In this document: positions 18,274 to 26,978 of the stretch, piece by piece
Layout of the letters: each line of letters starts with the position of its first letter
Position numbering within the stretch: position 1 is the first letter of the stretch
Origin: an uncultured Candidatus Bathyarchaeia archaeon
GTDB lineage: Archaea > Thermoproteota > Bathyarchaeia > TCS64
NCBI GenBank assembly: GCA_964589605.1
Contig: CAZPRN010000002.1
Coordinates: 45,180 to 109,179, forward strand
Reading direction: 5' to 3'
DNA: 64,000 bases
Made by a program: the position numbers and the translations under genes
Notes under the pieces: generated by a model
The model's input: only the letters and a program-made list of their open reading frames with translations
Told to the model about the DNA's origin: nothing
Databases searched by the model: none

Positions 18274-19752
18274 TTGAACACGGCTACTCAAGGTGTTTAT
18301 TTGGCAACTGGAATCAAGGGAAAGGTCATCATAGGGTACGATGGTCACGAGCACAGACTACTGAATGACGGGGTAGTGGTCTACGAGGGAAACAAGGTAA
18401 TCCATGTCGGGAAATCGTATTCAGGTCAAGTGGATGAATGGATCGACGCTTCAACGGGGCTGGTCATTCCCGGGCTTATCAACACACACCTCCACGCAGC
18501 TGGGGCACCAAACGACAAGAGCTTCCTTGAAGACATAGGCGTTAGACCTCTCTACGGAAGCAACCTCGGGGAGAACCTTTCCGCGCTCAACCAGAGCACC
18601 AGCAAGGAGGACAAGGAGATTCTCGCAAAATACAGCCTCGCAGAGTGCATCAGGAGCGGGAACACCACCGTGATGGAGATTGGCATGGTCTCAGCCATCG
18701 GTGAGGAGAAGACCGTGGACCTTGTTGGTGAGATGGGGCTCAGAGCATGCGTGGGACATGACCTCGGGGACGGCTCACTGGTGAGAAGTGACGCGTACAA
18801 CTTTTACACCAAATGGAACGGACTCGATGTTGGTCTGAAACAGCTTGAGGCAGCCGAGGATTTTGTCAAGAAATACCGAGGCGCACACGATGACAGGGTG
18901 ATGCCAGCGCTTTATCCCGGTGGAGTGATGAGTAACAGCCTAGAGTTCCAGAGGGCTATCAAGGAGAAATCAGACGAGCTTAAGGTTCCTGTATCAATTC
19001 ACGCCGGTGAATGGGTTGTAGAGTTCCAGAACCTGCTAAGGATGTACGGTAAGACGCCTGTGGAGGTGTTGTATGAAACTGGACTACTAAGTCCAAACTT
19101 GGTAATTGGTCACCTATGGGCGATAGCCGGGCACCCCATGCTTGGATACCCCAAGGTTGGAGGAGGAGACTTAGCTCTAATCGCGGAGAAGGGGGCAACA
19201 GTCTCCCATGACCCGGTGGTGTTCGTGAAACGTGGTAACAGGATGCACAGCCACTCCAAGTATGTGGAGGCTGGGGTCAACGTTAGTATAGGCACTGATA
19301 CAGTTCCTCAGGACATGCTCAACGAGATGAGGATAGCATCCTACGTCTCCAAGATGGCGGACTGGGACCCATACTCAGGGACCTCACGTGAGGTGTTCAA
19401 CAGCGCAACCCTGTCGGGTGCCAAGGGGATAGGAAGATCTGACCTAGGAAAACTTGCACCAGGAGCATTAGCTGATATTACCATCGTTGAGATGAAATCC
19501 ATCAACAATGTTCCGTGCAGGGACCCCATCAAGAACCTTGTGAACTGCGCTCAGCGACACGATGTCAAGACGGTGATCGTTGACGGGAAGAAGCTTGTCG
19601 AGGATGGCAGGATGCTTCATGTTGACGAGGAGAAACTCGTAGAGCAGGTGCAGGAGGTGGGTGAGCGTATTTGGAGTACGATACCAGAAAAACACCACAC
19701 AGGAAAGGAGGCGGATGATATCTCGCCCCAGTCCTTCAAGAGATGGGTCTAA
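18274..19752 (+). CDS. Metal-dependent amidohydrolase (chlorohydrolase/aminohydrolase superfamily)
   Basis: PGLINTHLHA (HxH), VSIHAGE, IGHLW and IGTDT metal-ligand blocks. The start codon is TTG. Confidence 0.8.
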   Translation: MNTATQGVYLATGIKGKVIIGYDGHEHRLLNDGVVVYEGNKVIHVGKSYSGQVDEWIDASTGLVIPGLINTHLHAAGAPNDKSFLEDIGVRPLYGSNLGENLSALNQSTSKEDKEILAKYSLAECIRSGNTTVMEIGMVSAIGEEKTVDLVGEMGLRACVGHDLGDGSLVRSDAYNFYTKWNGLDVGLKQLEAAEDFVKKYRGAHDDRVMPALYPGGVMSNSLEFQRAIKEKSDELKVPVSIHAGEWVVEFQNLLRMYGKTPVEVLYETGLLSPNLVIGHLWAIAGHPMLGYPKVGGGDLALIAEKGATVSHDPVVFVKRGNRMHSHSKYVEAGVNVSIGTDTVPQDMLNEMRIASYVSKMADWDPYSGTSREVFNSATLSGAKGIGRSDLGKLAPGALADITIVEMKSINNVPCRDPIKNLVNCAQRHDVKTVIVDGKKLVEDGRMLHVDEEKLVEQVQEVGERIWSTIPEKHHTGKEADDISPQSFKRWV

Positions 19753-19755
19753 CCC

Positions 19756-20709
19756 CTACTTTTTGTAGTTCTCGATGAACCACTCGATGGTTTCCTCGAT
19801 GTTCTCGTCGAACGGCTTCTCGGGGTTGAAGCCTAAGACCTTCTTTGCTTTCTCGATACTGCTCCAGTTCTGCCTGATCTCACCGGGCTTCCAGTCAGTG
19901 TGTAGCGCAGGCTTTGGCTCGTAGCCCCGTTTAAGGAAGTTCTCGTAGATGGTGTCGAACACATCCTCTATTGTGATCTCTACGCCTGTCCCGATGTGGA
20001 TAACCTCATACTTGTTGGGAAGATCAGTCAAAAGGCTAAGGTAGATGGCGTTGGCGATATCCTTGACGTAAACCAGGTCACGGGTCTGTGAGCCGTCTCC
20101 CCATATCTCCACCTGGTCATGGTCCATTATCTGTTTGATGAACTTGGCTATGGCAGAGCCCTTGTGGATGGATTTTGGTCCATACACGCTGCTGAATCGG
20201 AGAGCCACTGTACTCAACCCGAAGCTTGTCGCCCAAGCGGACAGGTATCCTTCACCTGCAAGCTTGCTAGCGCCGTAGGGTGAAAGGGGTTGAGGTAACG
20301 TGCTCTCACTTAGGGGAAGCTCAGCTTCTCCAAGGAGCGCGTTGGAGGACGCGTGAACCACCTTTTCTGCTCCCACATCAACCGACGCGCTGAGTAGGTT
20401 TACCAGCCCCTTGATATTGAGGTCCATGTCGTAGTAGGGGTCCTCTACTGATGGGAGGACGCCAGCCTGCGCTGCAAGGCTGACCACGTACTTGCATCCG
20501 TCAATCGCCTTCAGAATATCGTCCTTCTCACGGATATCCCCCTTGAAGACCTTAACTCGCTCAGAGTCTCCGATTACCTGTTCAAGCATTCCGTCGTCGG
20601 AGGTAGAAAAGTTGTCAAGTACGTTGATGTCCCAGTCTGTCTTCTCCAGAATAAGTTCGATGAGGTTGACACCGATAAAGCCGGCTCCCCCCGTGATAAG
20701 GACCTTCAT
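19756..20709 (-). CDS. NAD-dependent epimerase/dehydratase (UDP-sugar 4-epimerase-like SDR)
   Basis: MKVLITGGAGFIGVNL Rossmann motif. SPYGASKLAGE is the YxxxK catalytic motif. Confidence 0.9.
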   Translation of the reverse strand: MKVLITGGAGFIGVNLIELILEKTDWDINVLDNFSTSDDGMLEQVIGDSERVKVFKGDIREKDDILKAIDGCKYVVSLAAQAGVLPSVEDPYYDMDLNIKGLVNLLSASVDVGAEKVVHASSNALLGEAELPLSESTLPQPLSPYGASKLAGEGYLSAWATSFGLSTVALRFSSVYGPKSIHKGSAIAKFIKQIMDHDQVEIWGDGSQTRDLVYVKDIANAIYLSLLTDLPNKYEVIHIGTGVEITIEDVFDTIYENFLKRGYEPKPALHTDWKPGEIRQNWSSIEKAKKVLGFNPEKPFDENIEETIEWFIENYKK

Positions 20710-20760
20710 ATTACATCAGGTAAGGCGGAGAGGAATCTAAGCGTTTTGTGTTTGGAAAAG

Positions 20761-20885
20761 TGGGCTGCCAGCTTTCGCGGTTTCACGAAGCCGAAGACAT
20801 CACTAATGCCGCAAACGGAGCGTGGTTTAACTTCCGAGTTCGGAATGGGTTCGGGTGGGTCCCACGCCCTTTGGCCGGTTACCCA
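20761..20885 (-). rRNA. 5S ribosomal RNA (stand-alone; no 16S/23S in the window)
   Basis: The minus-strand sequence reads UGGGUAACCGGCCAAAGGGCGUGGGACCCACCCGAACCCAUUCCGAACUCGGAAGUUAAACCACGCUCCG...GCUGGCAGCCCA. It contains the universal CCGAAC-UCGGAAGUUAA core. Helix II pairs GGGCGUGG with CCACGCUC. The ends pair as helix I, giving 12 positions with 2 mismatches. Ends are approximate, within a few nt. Confidence 0.85.
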
Positions 20886-20906
20886 GCTACCATCCACACA
20901 CGTAAA

Positions 20907-20913
20907 GTAAAAA
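20907..20913 (-). promoter_or_regulatory. TATA-like element (TTTTTAC on the minus strand) at about -22 to -28 of the 5S rRNA 5' end
   Basis: The minus strand reads CCGTAACCTTTTTACTTTACGTGTGTGGATGGTAGC, followed by the 5S start. The spacing fits an archaeal TATA box. Confidence 0.35.
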
Positions 20914-21522
20914 GGTTACGGAAACCGGAAAAACCGTTTTCAAATGGGTACAAACCAATCTGGTGCATCTCATATGTACTGAGAATATGACAAGCGCATC
21001 ACCGGGGTTTGGCAAAGGTATCATCCAGCCCTCATTTCTTTCAGCCTCGCTTTCTACTACATATTATCCGTAATCAGAAACCAAACCTCGTTAACACGAA
21101 AAACGAATTGGTCCTTTGGTAAGCCGATCAAAAGCGGGTGCAAATTGACTATAAACCATTACAACTGACCCCTCATTGTGTATTCTATTTTCACCTTTTC
21201 GTGTAGCGAGAAAAACGTGTGAAGAGAAAAACAAACAAAACCTCATAAAATAGTGTTCATTATTAGCGACAATCCAGTTTTTTCATACTAATTTCTAAAG
21301 AATAACAAGAAACAGAATAAAGAGCGAAAAAAAGGATTATCCAAAAAATACGTAACGATTATTATGTTCACTCTACCAGTAGTGCAAGTAGGAAAGGTAG
21401 CCACTAAATAGAGGGTAAAGCTGGGGGGAGGATTATCGTGTATAATCAGAATAGCCATCCATATGCATCCATCATGGGCGCTCTGATTCCCTGAATGGCA
21501 CCGATACTTCGGACGTGAGAAA

Positions 21523-23643
21523 GTGAAGTACGTAAGAAAACGAGATGGGAAATTAGCTGAATTTGATAACTCCCGCATAGAGAACGCTATAGGCAAAGCT
21601 ATGAGGGCTGTCGGGGAAGGAAACGGAGAGACAGCCGTTGGATTAACACATTTAGTACTTGGAGAGCTCGACAACAAGTATGGGGATGATGGATGCCCCA
21701 CCGTCGAGGAAATCCAAGACATAGTCGAGGAATCAATCATCAGGGCGGGGTATGCAAGGACCGCCAAGGCTTACATTCTGTACAGGCAGAAGCAGACAGA
21801 GACAAGGGAGTTGGCGGCGAGCCTTAGCTCTGACGATATGATCGAGAAATACTTGATGCTGGACGACTGGAAGATCCGTGAGAACAGCAACATGAGCTAC
21901 AGCCTACAGGGCTTGAACAATTATATCTCAAGCAATGTTATCAGCAGGTACTGGACAAACCGCATCTACCCCCAGAGTATCCGTGAGGCACATACCAGCG
22001 GCGACATGCATATCCACGACTTGGCTGTTCTAGGACCTTACTGCGTAGGCTGGGACCTACCCGACCTGCTATTGTCAGGGTTCAAGGGCGTGGCAGGCAA
22101 GATATCAAGCAAGCCAGCAAAACACTTCAGAACTGCGTTGGGCCAGATAGTGAACTTCTTCTACACAATGCAGGGAGAGGCAGCTGGCGCACAGGCTTTC
22201 AGCAACTTTGACACATATCTCGCTCCTTTCATCAGGTATGATGGCCTCGGCGAGAAGGATGTGAGGCAAGCTTTCCAAGAGTTCCTGTTCAACATCAACG
22301 TACCTACAAGAGTTGGATTCCAAACCCCTTTCACAAACATCACCATGGACATGAATGTCCCCAACTTCCTGGTAGATGAGCCAGTCGTACTTGGCGGTAA
22401 ACTCCACAACGACTTTTACGGAGATTTCCAGGACGAGATGGACATGTTCAACATGTGCTTCGCTGACGCTATGACGGAAGGTGACGCCGCTGGCAGGGTA
22501 TTCACATTCCCAATCCCAACCTACAGCCTCACAAAGGACTTTAACTGGGAATCACAAGTCGCTCAGAAAGTATTTGAGATGACAGCCAAGTATGGCACTC
22601 CATACTTCAGCAACTTCATCAACAGTGACATGAGTCCAGAGGACGTCAGGAGCATGTGCTGCAGGCTAAGGATCGATAACAGGGAGCTACGTAAACGTGG
22701 CGGTGGCCTGTTCGGTGCAAACCCACTCACAGGCAGCATCGGAGTAGTCACCTTGAACCTGCCAAGGATCGGTTACACAACTAAATCCGCGGAAGCTTTC
22801 CTTGAGCGTGTATCCGAGTTAATGGACCTAGCCAAGGACAGTCTAGAGATAAAGAGGAAGACAGTGGAGAAGCTAAGCGAGAACGGGCTCTACCCGTACA
22901 GCGCCTTCTATCTACGTAACGTCAAGGAGGCGTTTGGTACCTACTGGAAGAACCACTTCAGCACCGTTGGTCTCCTAGGCATGAACGAGGCAATCGTCAA
23001 CCTAATGGGCTCAGATATCACAACCCCAGAAGGACACTCCTTCGCGGAGAGAGTCTTACTCCACATGAGGGAGCGACTAAGCGACTACCAGGAAGAAACA
23101 GGAAACATCTACAACCTTGAGGCAACCCCAGCAGAGGGAACCAGTTACAGGCTAGCAAGGATGGACAAGGCAAGATACGGAAGCATCAAGGTAGCCAACG
23201 AGGAGCAACTACGACCAGGTGTGGAGCCCTTCTATACCAACAGCAGCCAGATGCCAGTAGACGCTTCAGGTGACCTATTCGAGGTGTTAGATCACCAGAA
23301 CAGGCTACAGCCACTGTACACCGGAGGCACAGTGTTCCATACCTTCCTAGGGGAGAAAATGCCAAGCTGGAAAGCAGCGGCAAGCCTCGTAAAGAAGATG
23401 GCTGAAAATACCAACATCCCATACGTAAGCCTGACACCAACCTTCAGCATATGTCCGAGTCACGGATACCTTACAGGAGAAGAGTACAACTGTCCATCCT
23501 GTGGAACAGAGACAGAGGTCTACAGCAGGGTCGTGGGCTATATGCGACCAGTAAAGCAGTGGAACGACGGCAAGCAGGCGGAGTACAGTCTCAGGAAGAC
23601 ATTTGACCAGGCAGCCCCACTCATTGAAGGGTTTGATGATTGA
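21523..23643 (+). CDS. nrdD: Anaerobic (class III) ribonucleoside-triphosphate reductase NrdD
   Basis: N-terminal ATP-cone (VRKRDGKLAEFDNSRIENAI). C-terminal Zn site CPSHG..CPSCG and glycyl-radical motif SRVVGYMRPV. The start codon is GTG. Confidence 0.93.
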   Translation: MKYVRKRDGKLAEFDNSRIENAIGKAMRAVGEGNGETAVGLTHLVLGELDNKYGDDGCPTVEEIQDIVEESIIRAGYARTAKAYILYRQKQTETRELAASLSSDDMIEKYLMLDDWKIRENSNMSYSLQGLNNYISSNVISRYWTNRIYPQSIREAHTSGDMHIHDLAVLGPYCVGWDLPDLLLSGFKGVAGKISSKPAKHFRTALGQIVNFFYTMQGEAAGAQAFSNFDTYLAPFIRYDGLGEKDVRQAFQEFLFNINVPTRVGFQTPFTNITMDMNVPNFLVDEPVVLGGKLHNDFYGDFQDEMDMFNMCFADAMTEGDAAGRVFTFPIPTYSLTKDFNWESQVAQKVFEMTAKYGTPYFSNFINSDMSPEDVRSMCCRLRIDNRELRKRGGGLFGANPLTGSIGVVTLNLPRIGYTTKSAEAFLERVSELMDLAKDSLEIKRKTVEKLSENGLYPYSAFYLRNVKEAFGTYWKNHFSTVGLLGMNEAIVNLMGSDITTPEGHSFAERVLLHMRERLSDYQEETGNIYNLEATPAEGTSYRLARMDKARYGSIKVANEEQLRPGVEPFYTNSSQMPVDASGDLFEVLDHQNRLQPLYTGGTVFHTFLGEKMPSWKAAASLVKKMAENTNIPYVSLTPTFSICPSHGYLTGEEYNCPSCGTETEVYSRVVGYMRPVKQWNDGKQAEYSLRKTFDQAAPLIEGFDD

Positions 23644-24314
23644 GGTTCGCCGGCTTCCAGAAAACTAGTCTAATCGACTACCCTGACAGGGTAGCGTCTA
23701 TTCTTTTCACCTCGGGGTGTAACATGAGGTGTCCTTTCTGCCACAATGGTGACCTCGTCCACGGATATACTGGGCCTTTTCTTGAAGAGGACGAGGTAGT
23801 GGAGGTTCTTCTTGAACGGAAAAAATATGTCGATGCGGTCGTGGTCACTGGTGGAGAGCCGACACTCCAACCTGATCTACCGGATTTTTTCGCCAAGCTT
23901 AAGGAAAACGGCTTCGACTTGAAACTCGACACCAACGGGATGTTGCCGGATGTACTCAATGCCTGTCTGCCTTACCTGGATTACATAGCGATGGACATCA
24001 AGACCTCGCCTTCTCGATACCCTGATCTAGGCGCAAACGATGTCTCTGCTTTAAGGGAAAGTGTCAAGAAAGTCATGTCCAGTGGCGTGGACTACGAGTT
24101 CAGGTGCACAGCAGTACCCGGACTCGTTGAGGAAGAAACTATTCCTGAGATGGGAGAGCTGGTGAGGGGCGCTAAGCTGTTCATTTTCCAGCCGTACCGA
24201 CCAGAAAAGACACTGGACCCAGCATATGGAAACATCCAACCTCACTCAGATGAAACCCTCCAAAAGTTCGCTGATCTGATGGCAGAGTTCGTTGACAATG
24301 CTGAAGCTAGGTGA
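23640..24314 (+). CDS. nrdG: Class III RNR activating enzyme NrdG (radical SAM)
   Basis: CNMRCPFCHN (CxxxCxxC) and GGEPTL. The TTG start overlaps the nrdD stop. Confidence 0.9.
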   Translation: MRFAGFQKTSLIDYPDRVASILFTSGCNMRCPFCHNGDLVHGYTGPFLEEDEVVEVLLERKKYVDAVVVTGGEPTLQPDLPDFFAKLKENGFDLKLDTNGMLPDVLNACLPYLDYIAMDIKTSPSRYPDLGANDVSALRESVKKVMSSGVDYEFRCTAVPGLVEEETIPEMGELVRGAKLFIFQPYRPEKTLDPAYGNIQPHSDETLQKFADLMAEFVDNAEAR

Positions 24315-24373
24315 CCATACGTGCCTAAATATTGCGGACAACCAATCCATATAGAATCACAAGGGTGAGGAAC

Positions 24374-24604
24374 ATGAAAGTAGTAGCCATAACCAAGGAT
24401 CAGTGCCCAAGATGCGTGCAAGCCAAGAACCTGCTAAAAGACGACACACGGGTAACCTGGCTACACAACGAAACACCAGAGGCACAGAAACTTATTGCCG
24501 ATCTTGATCTTGAGGCCAGAACCGCTCCAGTCTTCATCATTGACGATACCACGGTACTGGAAAGCATGCTCAGAGTCAAAATGATGCTAGACAACCAAGA
24601 GTAG
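24374..24604 (+). CDS. Glutaredoxin/NrdH-like small redoxin (CPRC)
   Basis: MKVVAITKDQCPRCVQAKNLL... is a 76-aa thioredoxin-fold layout, with TAPVFIIDD in the cis-Pro region. GGTGAGG lies upstream of the ATG at 24374. Confidence 0.65.
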   Translation: MKVVAITKDQCPRCVQAKNLLKDDTRVTWLHNETPEAQKLIADLDLEARTAPVFIIDDTTVLESMLRVKMMLDNQE

Positions 24605-24941
24605 AGATTATTTCAAACTGCATCTTTTCTTTACCCAAAAAAGTTCTCCCAGTACCTATCCACGCTCAAATCGGTGTACTCATATTAGTTCACTTATGAC
24701 AACGGACTCGGTTACCAAGTTGGTAGGCGTGGGAGACTGTCCGTCATTGCAGATGCCACATGTCCAGTATAAGGCATAAGACCCAGTTACACGAAAAAAG
24801 GGTTCACAGTCCTTTATTCCTGTCCAATCATCCTGATAACCACAATATGTCCTTTCTCATAACGCAGGAAATTTATGACATCCTTTCAGGAAATAACTAC
24901 TCACCAATTTACCCAGAGAGTGGGCGAAACAGATATTTGTA

Positions 24942-24965
24942 CCCACAATACATTATTTTTGTGGG
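24942..24965. promoter_or_regulatory. 7-bp inverted repeat CCCACAA-N10-TTGTGGG just upstream of vapB (candidate operator)
   Basis: Read directly from the sequence. It ends 5 nt before the vapB ATG (24970). VapB-type antitoxins commonly autoregulate through palindromes. Confidence 0.3.
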
Positions 24966-24969
24966 TAGG

Positions 24970-25221
24970 ATGAGCCTGGTTGATCTGGACTCTAGAGGAA
25001 GGATAACTCTTCCCTCTAGTATTCGAAAGAAAATGGTCAGTACAAAAAAAGTTGTTGTGATCGAGGCAGGGGATCATATCAAGATTATTCCTATACCCAA
25101 GGACCCGTTTGCAGCCCTTGCAGGAGTTTTGTCGTTAGGTAAAGACGCTTCGGATCTCAGAAAAGAGATAGAAATAGAAGTGATCAAGGAGGCTGGCAAA
25201 GGTTCCAACCGTCGAGACTGA
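24970..25221 (+). CDS. vapB: AbrB/SpoVT-fold antitoxin (VapB-like)
   Basis: MSLVDLDSRGRITLPSSIRKKM...VVVIEAGDHIKIIP is a swapped-hairpin AbrB motif. The upstream part of the track ORF (24760..) looks non-coding. Confidence 0.75.
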   Translation: MSLVDLDSRGRITLPSSIRKKMVSTKKVVVIEAGDHIKIIPIPKDPFAALAGVLSLGKDASDLRKEIEIEVIKEAGKGSNRRD

Positions 25222-25645
25222 TCTGATATTCGCTTTACTAAATAGAGAGGATTCACTTCATGAGATAGCATTACAGTTTTTTACTAAGGTTCAAGATGGG
25301 TTTGTAGTTCATGTTAGCCCCTTATCACTGGTTGAACTTGAGCTGTTATACAAGACCAATCAGATAGAGGACCAACTCCTACATCATCTTTCCCTATTTA
25401 CCTCTCTGTCAAACATTGATTACTGTGACTTGACGCCTGAGATGGTGCTTACCGCTACTGCTCTTCGACAAGACCATGATATATCGTTCTTTGACAGCCA
25501 TTACGCTGCTACTGCAATCCTACTTGATGAAAAAATAATATCAACTGACCGTATATACCATTCAATACCTGGGCTGATTGTATTCGACCCTGAATCCCTC
25601 GTCAATGAAAGTGGCGCTGGTCATAATTCTATGCCCAAGGGTTAA
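25202..25645 (+). CDS. vapC: PIN-domain toxin (VapC-like); 5' boundary uncertain, no canonical start codon
   Basis: Frame-2 translation gives VPTVETDLIFALL...LSLVELELL...ISFFDSHYAATA...IISTDRIY, with all four PIN acidic positions. The frame opens after the TGA at 25181. It has no ATG/GTG/TTG before 25430. Confidence 0.6.
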   Translation, partial: VPTVETDLIFALLNREDSLHEIALQFFTKVQDGFVVHVSPLSLVELELLYKTNQIEDQLLHHLSLFTSLSNIDYCDLTPEMVLTATALRQDHDISFFDSHYAATAILLDEKIISTDRIYHSIPGLIVFDPESLVNESGAGHNSMPKG

Positions 25646-25647
25646 CC

Positions 25648-26976
25648 TCATCCACCTATCAGAACAGTCTCCGGGTAATACGCATACCAGCTGAACCAGT
25701 ATACCTCAAAGTAGGTTACATCTGATTCAGCTGAGGTAACTCTCACAGAGTCTAGAGGCTCATCATATGTTGCGGTGATTGATGTGCCATTTATTTCGAA
25801 GCTTACTTCCTTCTGCTCCATTACATGGTCCTTGACGATGGCAATTGTCTCGTTGTTGTGCTTTATTCCCACGACCTTCGTGAAAAGGTCTAGCCTGCTG
25901 TCTCTCTGTGAGACTGGGAACTGTATCTTCCCTCTTCCTATGTATGTCTGGTAGGGGTCTTCCCTGTAGTCCCTGTAATTCCCTGTGTCAGTTGAGAGGA
26001 CCGTTGCGTTTGGGTATACCTCCTTAACCCTACTCCATGTCGTTGTCAGAAGTGGGAATGTTTCAAGCTCGACACCCTTCCATTTTCCATCAACGGCTAC
26101 TCCAAGTATCTGGGGCCAGTGGCTCTGTGTCTCTCTATCATAGAGGACCAGGTTGCTGTTGAGAAGCCTACCCGATGTACCGAATGTTGTTGTGTTTCCC
26201 CTGAACTGGACGCTATATCCGATTGCAGACTCTGTTAACGGGCAGTACGTTATCGATGCGTTCCTGTCATTGATGTAATCGTTCACGACCTCGTGCCAAA
26301 GCATTATCCGTCTAGGGTACACCCTCGGCGGGTCCGACTCTAGCAGGTACACGATGTCCTTAGGTCCAATATAGTCAGCCTCGTCAAGCGGGATATACAC
26401 GGGGGCTTCTATCGGTGGGATGCTGTCGGGTGTCATCCCGGTGTTGTACACCTCATCCTCGTACCTATTCAGCCACTCTATGTTTGTGTCAACGAGGACA
26501 GGGTAAACCGGTATCTCTACGTATATCGGCTTGAGCTGGCTGACCTCCTTGGAGATAAGACCGGGTACCTTGCCTTCCAAGCCGTAGAAAAAATTCATCC
26601 CAAGCTCTATTGTTCTGACCGGGGACCAGTCCTCGTTTACTCCAATAAAGCCACTGTGGTTTGCGCCTGGGGATATCGTGATTCTTCCCGTTTCCTTGGA
26701 TTCACCTAGCTCGAATCCACCGAAGGTTGATGATATGTACAGGTTGTCGAGTTCTACATCTTTTTCTCCGTGGTTTAGTATCATGTACTCTACCGTGACG
26801 TTGGTGTACTCCCTGAGTCTGGGTGGTCTTTTCGCTATCTGCAGGTAATTATCCGGATAAGTTACGTTGAGTACCCTGAACTCCATATCGGGTTCTGCGA
26901 GACTCATCTGGTCCCAAGTGGCGTACGCTGTAACTAGAACTAGGAGTGTAGTGATGATGGCTATTCCTTTCCTCAC
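25648..26976 (-). CDS. Secreted/anchored DUF3179-domain protein with an N-terminal extra domain
   Basis: N-terminal signal/anchor IAIITTLLVLVTAYA. The C-terminal half has ITYCPLTESAIGY...FGTSGRLLNSNLVLYDRETQSHWPQILG, the DUF3179 hallmark. Confidence 0.7.
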   Translation of the reverse strand: MRKGIAIITTLLVLVTAYATWDQMSLAEPDMEFRVLNVTYPDNYLQIAKRPPRLREYTNVTVEYMILNHGEKDVELDNLYISSTFGGFELGESKETGRITISPGANHSGFIGVNEDWSPVRTIELGMNFFYGLEGKVPGLISKEVSQLKPIYVEIPVYPVLVDTNIEWLNRYEDEVYNTGMTPDSIPPIEAPVYIPLDEADYIGPKDIVYLLESDPPRVYPRRIMLWHEVVNDYINDRNASITYCPLTESAIGYSVQFRGNTTTFGTSGRLLNSNLVLYDRETQSHWPQILGVAVDGKWKGVELETFPLLTTTWSRVKEVYPNATVLSTDTGNYRDYREDPYQTYIGRGKIQFPVSQRDSRLDLFTKVVGIKHNNETIAIVKDHVMEQKEVSFEINGTSITATYDEPLDSVRVTSAESDVTYFEVYWFSWYAYYPETVLIGG

Positions 26977-26978
26977 AT

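Noticed and set aside
20706-20990. Track ORFs 20706..20897 (minus, 63 aa) and 20748..20990 (plus, 80 aa).
   Set aside because: Both overlap the 5S rRNA gene and its promoter. Their translations are low-complexity with no motifs. They are artefacts of translating a structural RNA.
24760-24969. The N-terminal 70 aa of track ORF 24760..25221, upstream of the AbrB domain.
   Set aside because: The AbrB/SpoVT fold starts at the internal Met (24970). The upstream part is Asn/His/Tyr-rich with no coding character. It also contains the candidate operator palindrome, so I treat it as 5' non-coding.
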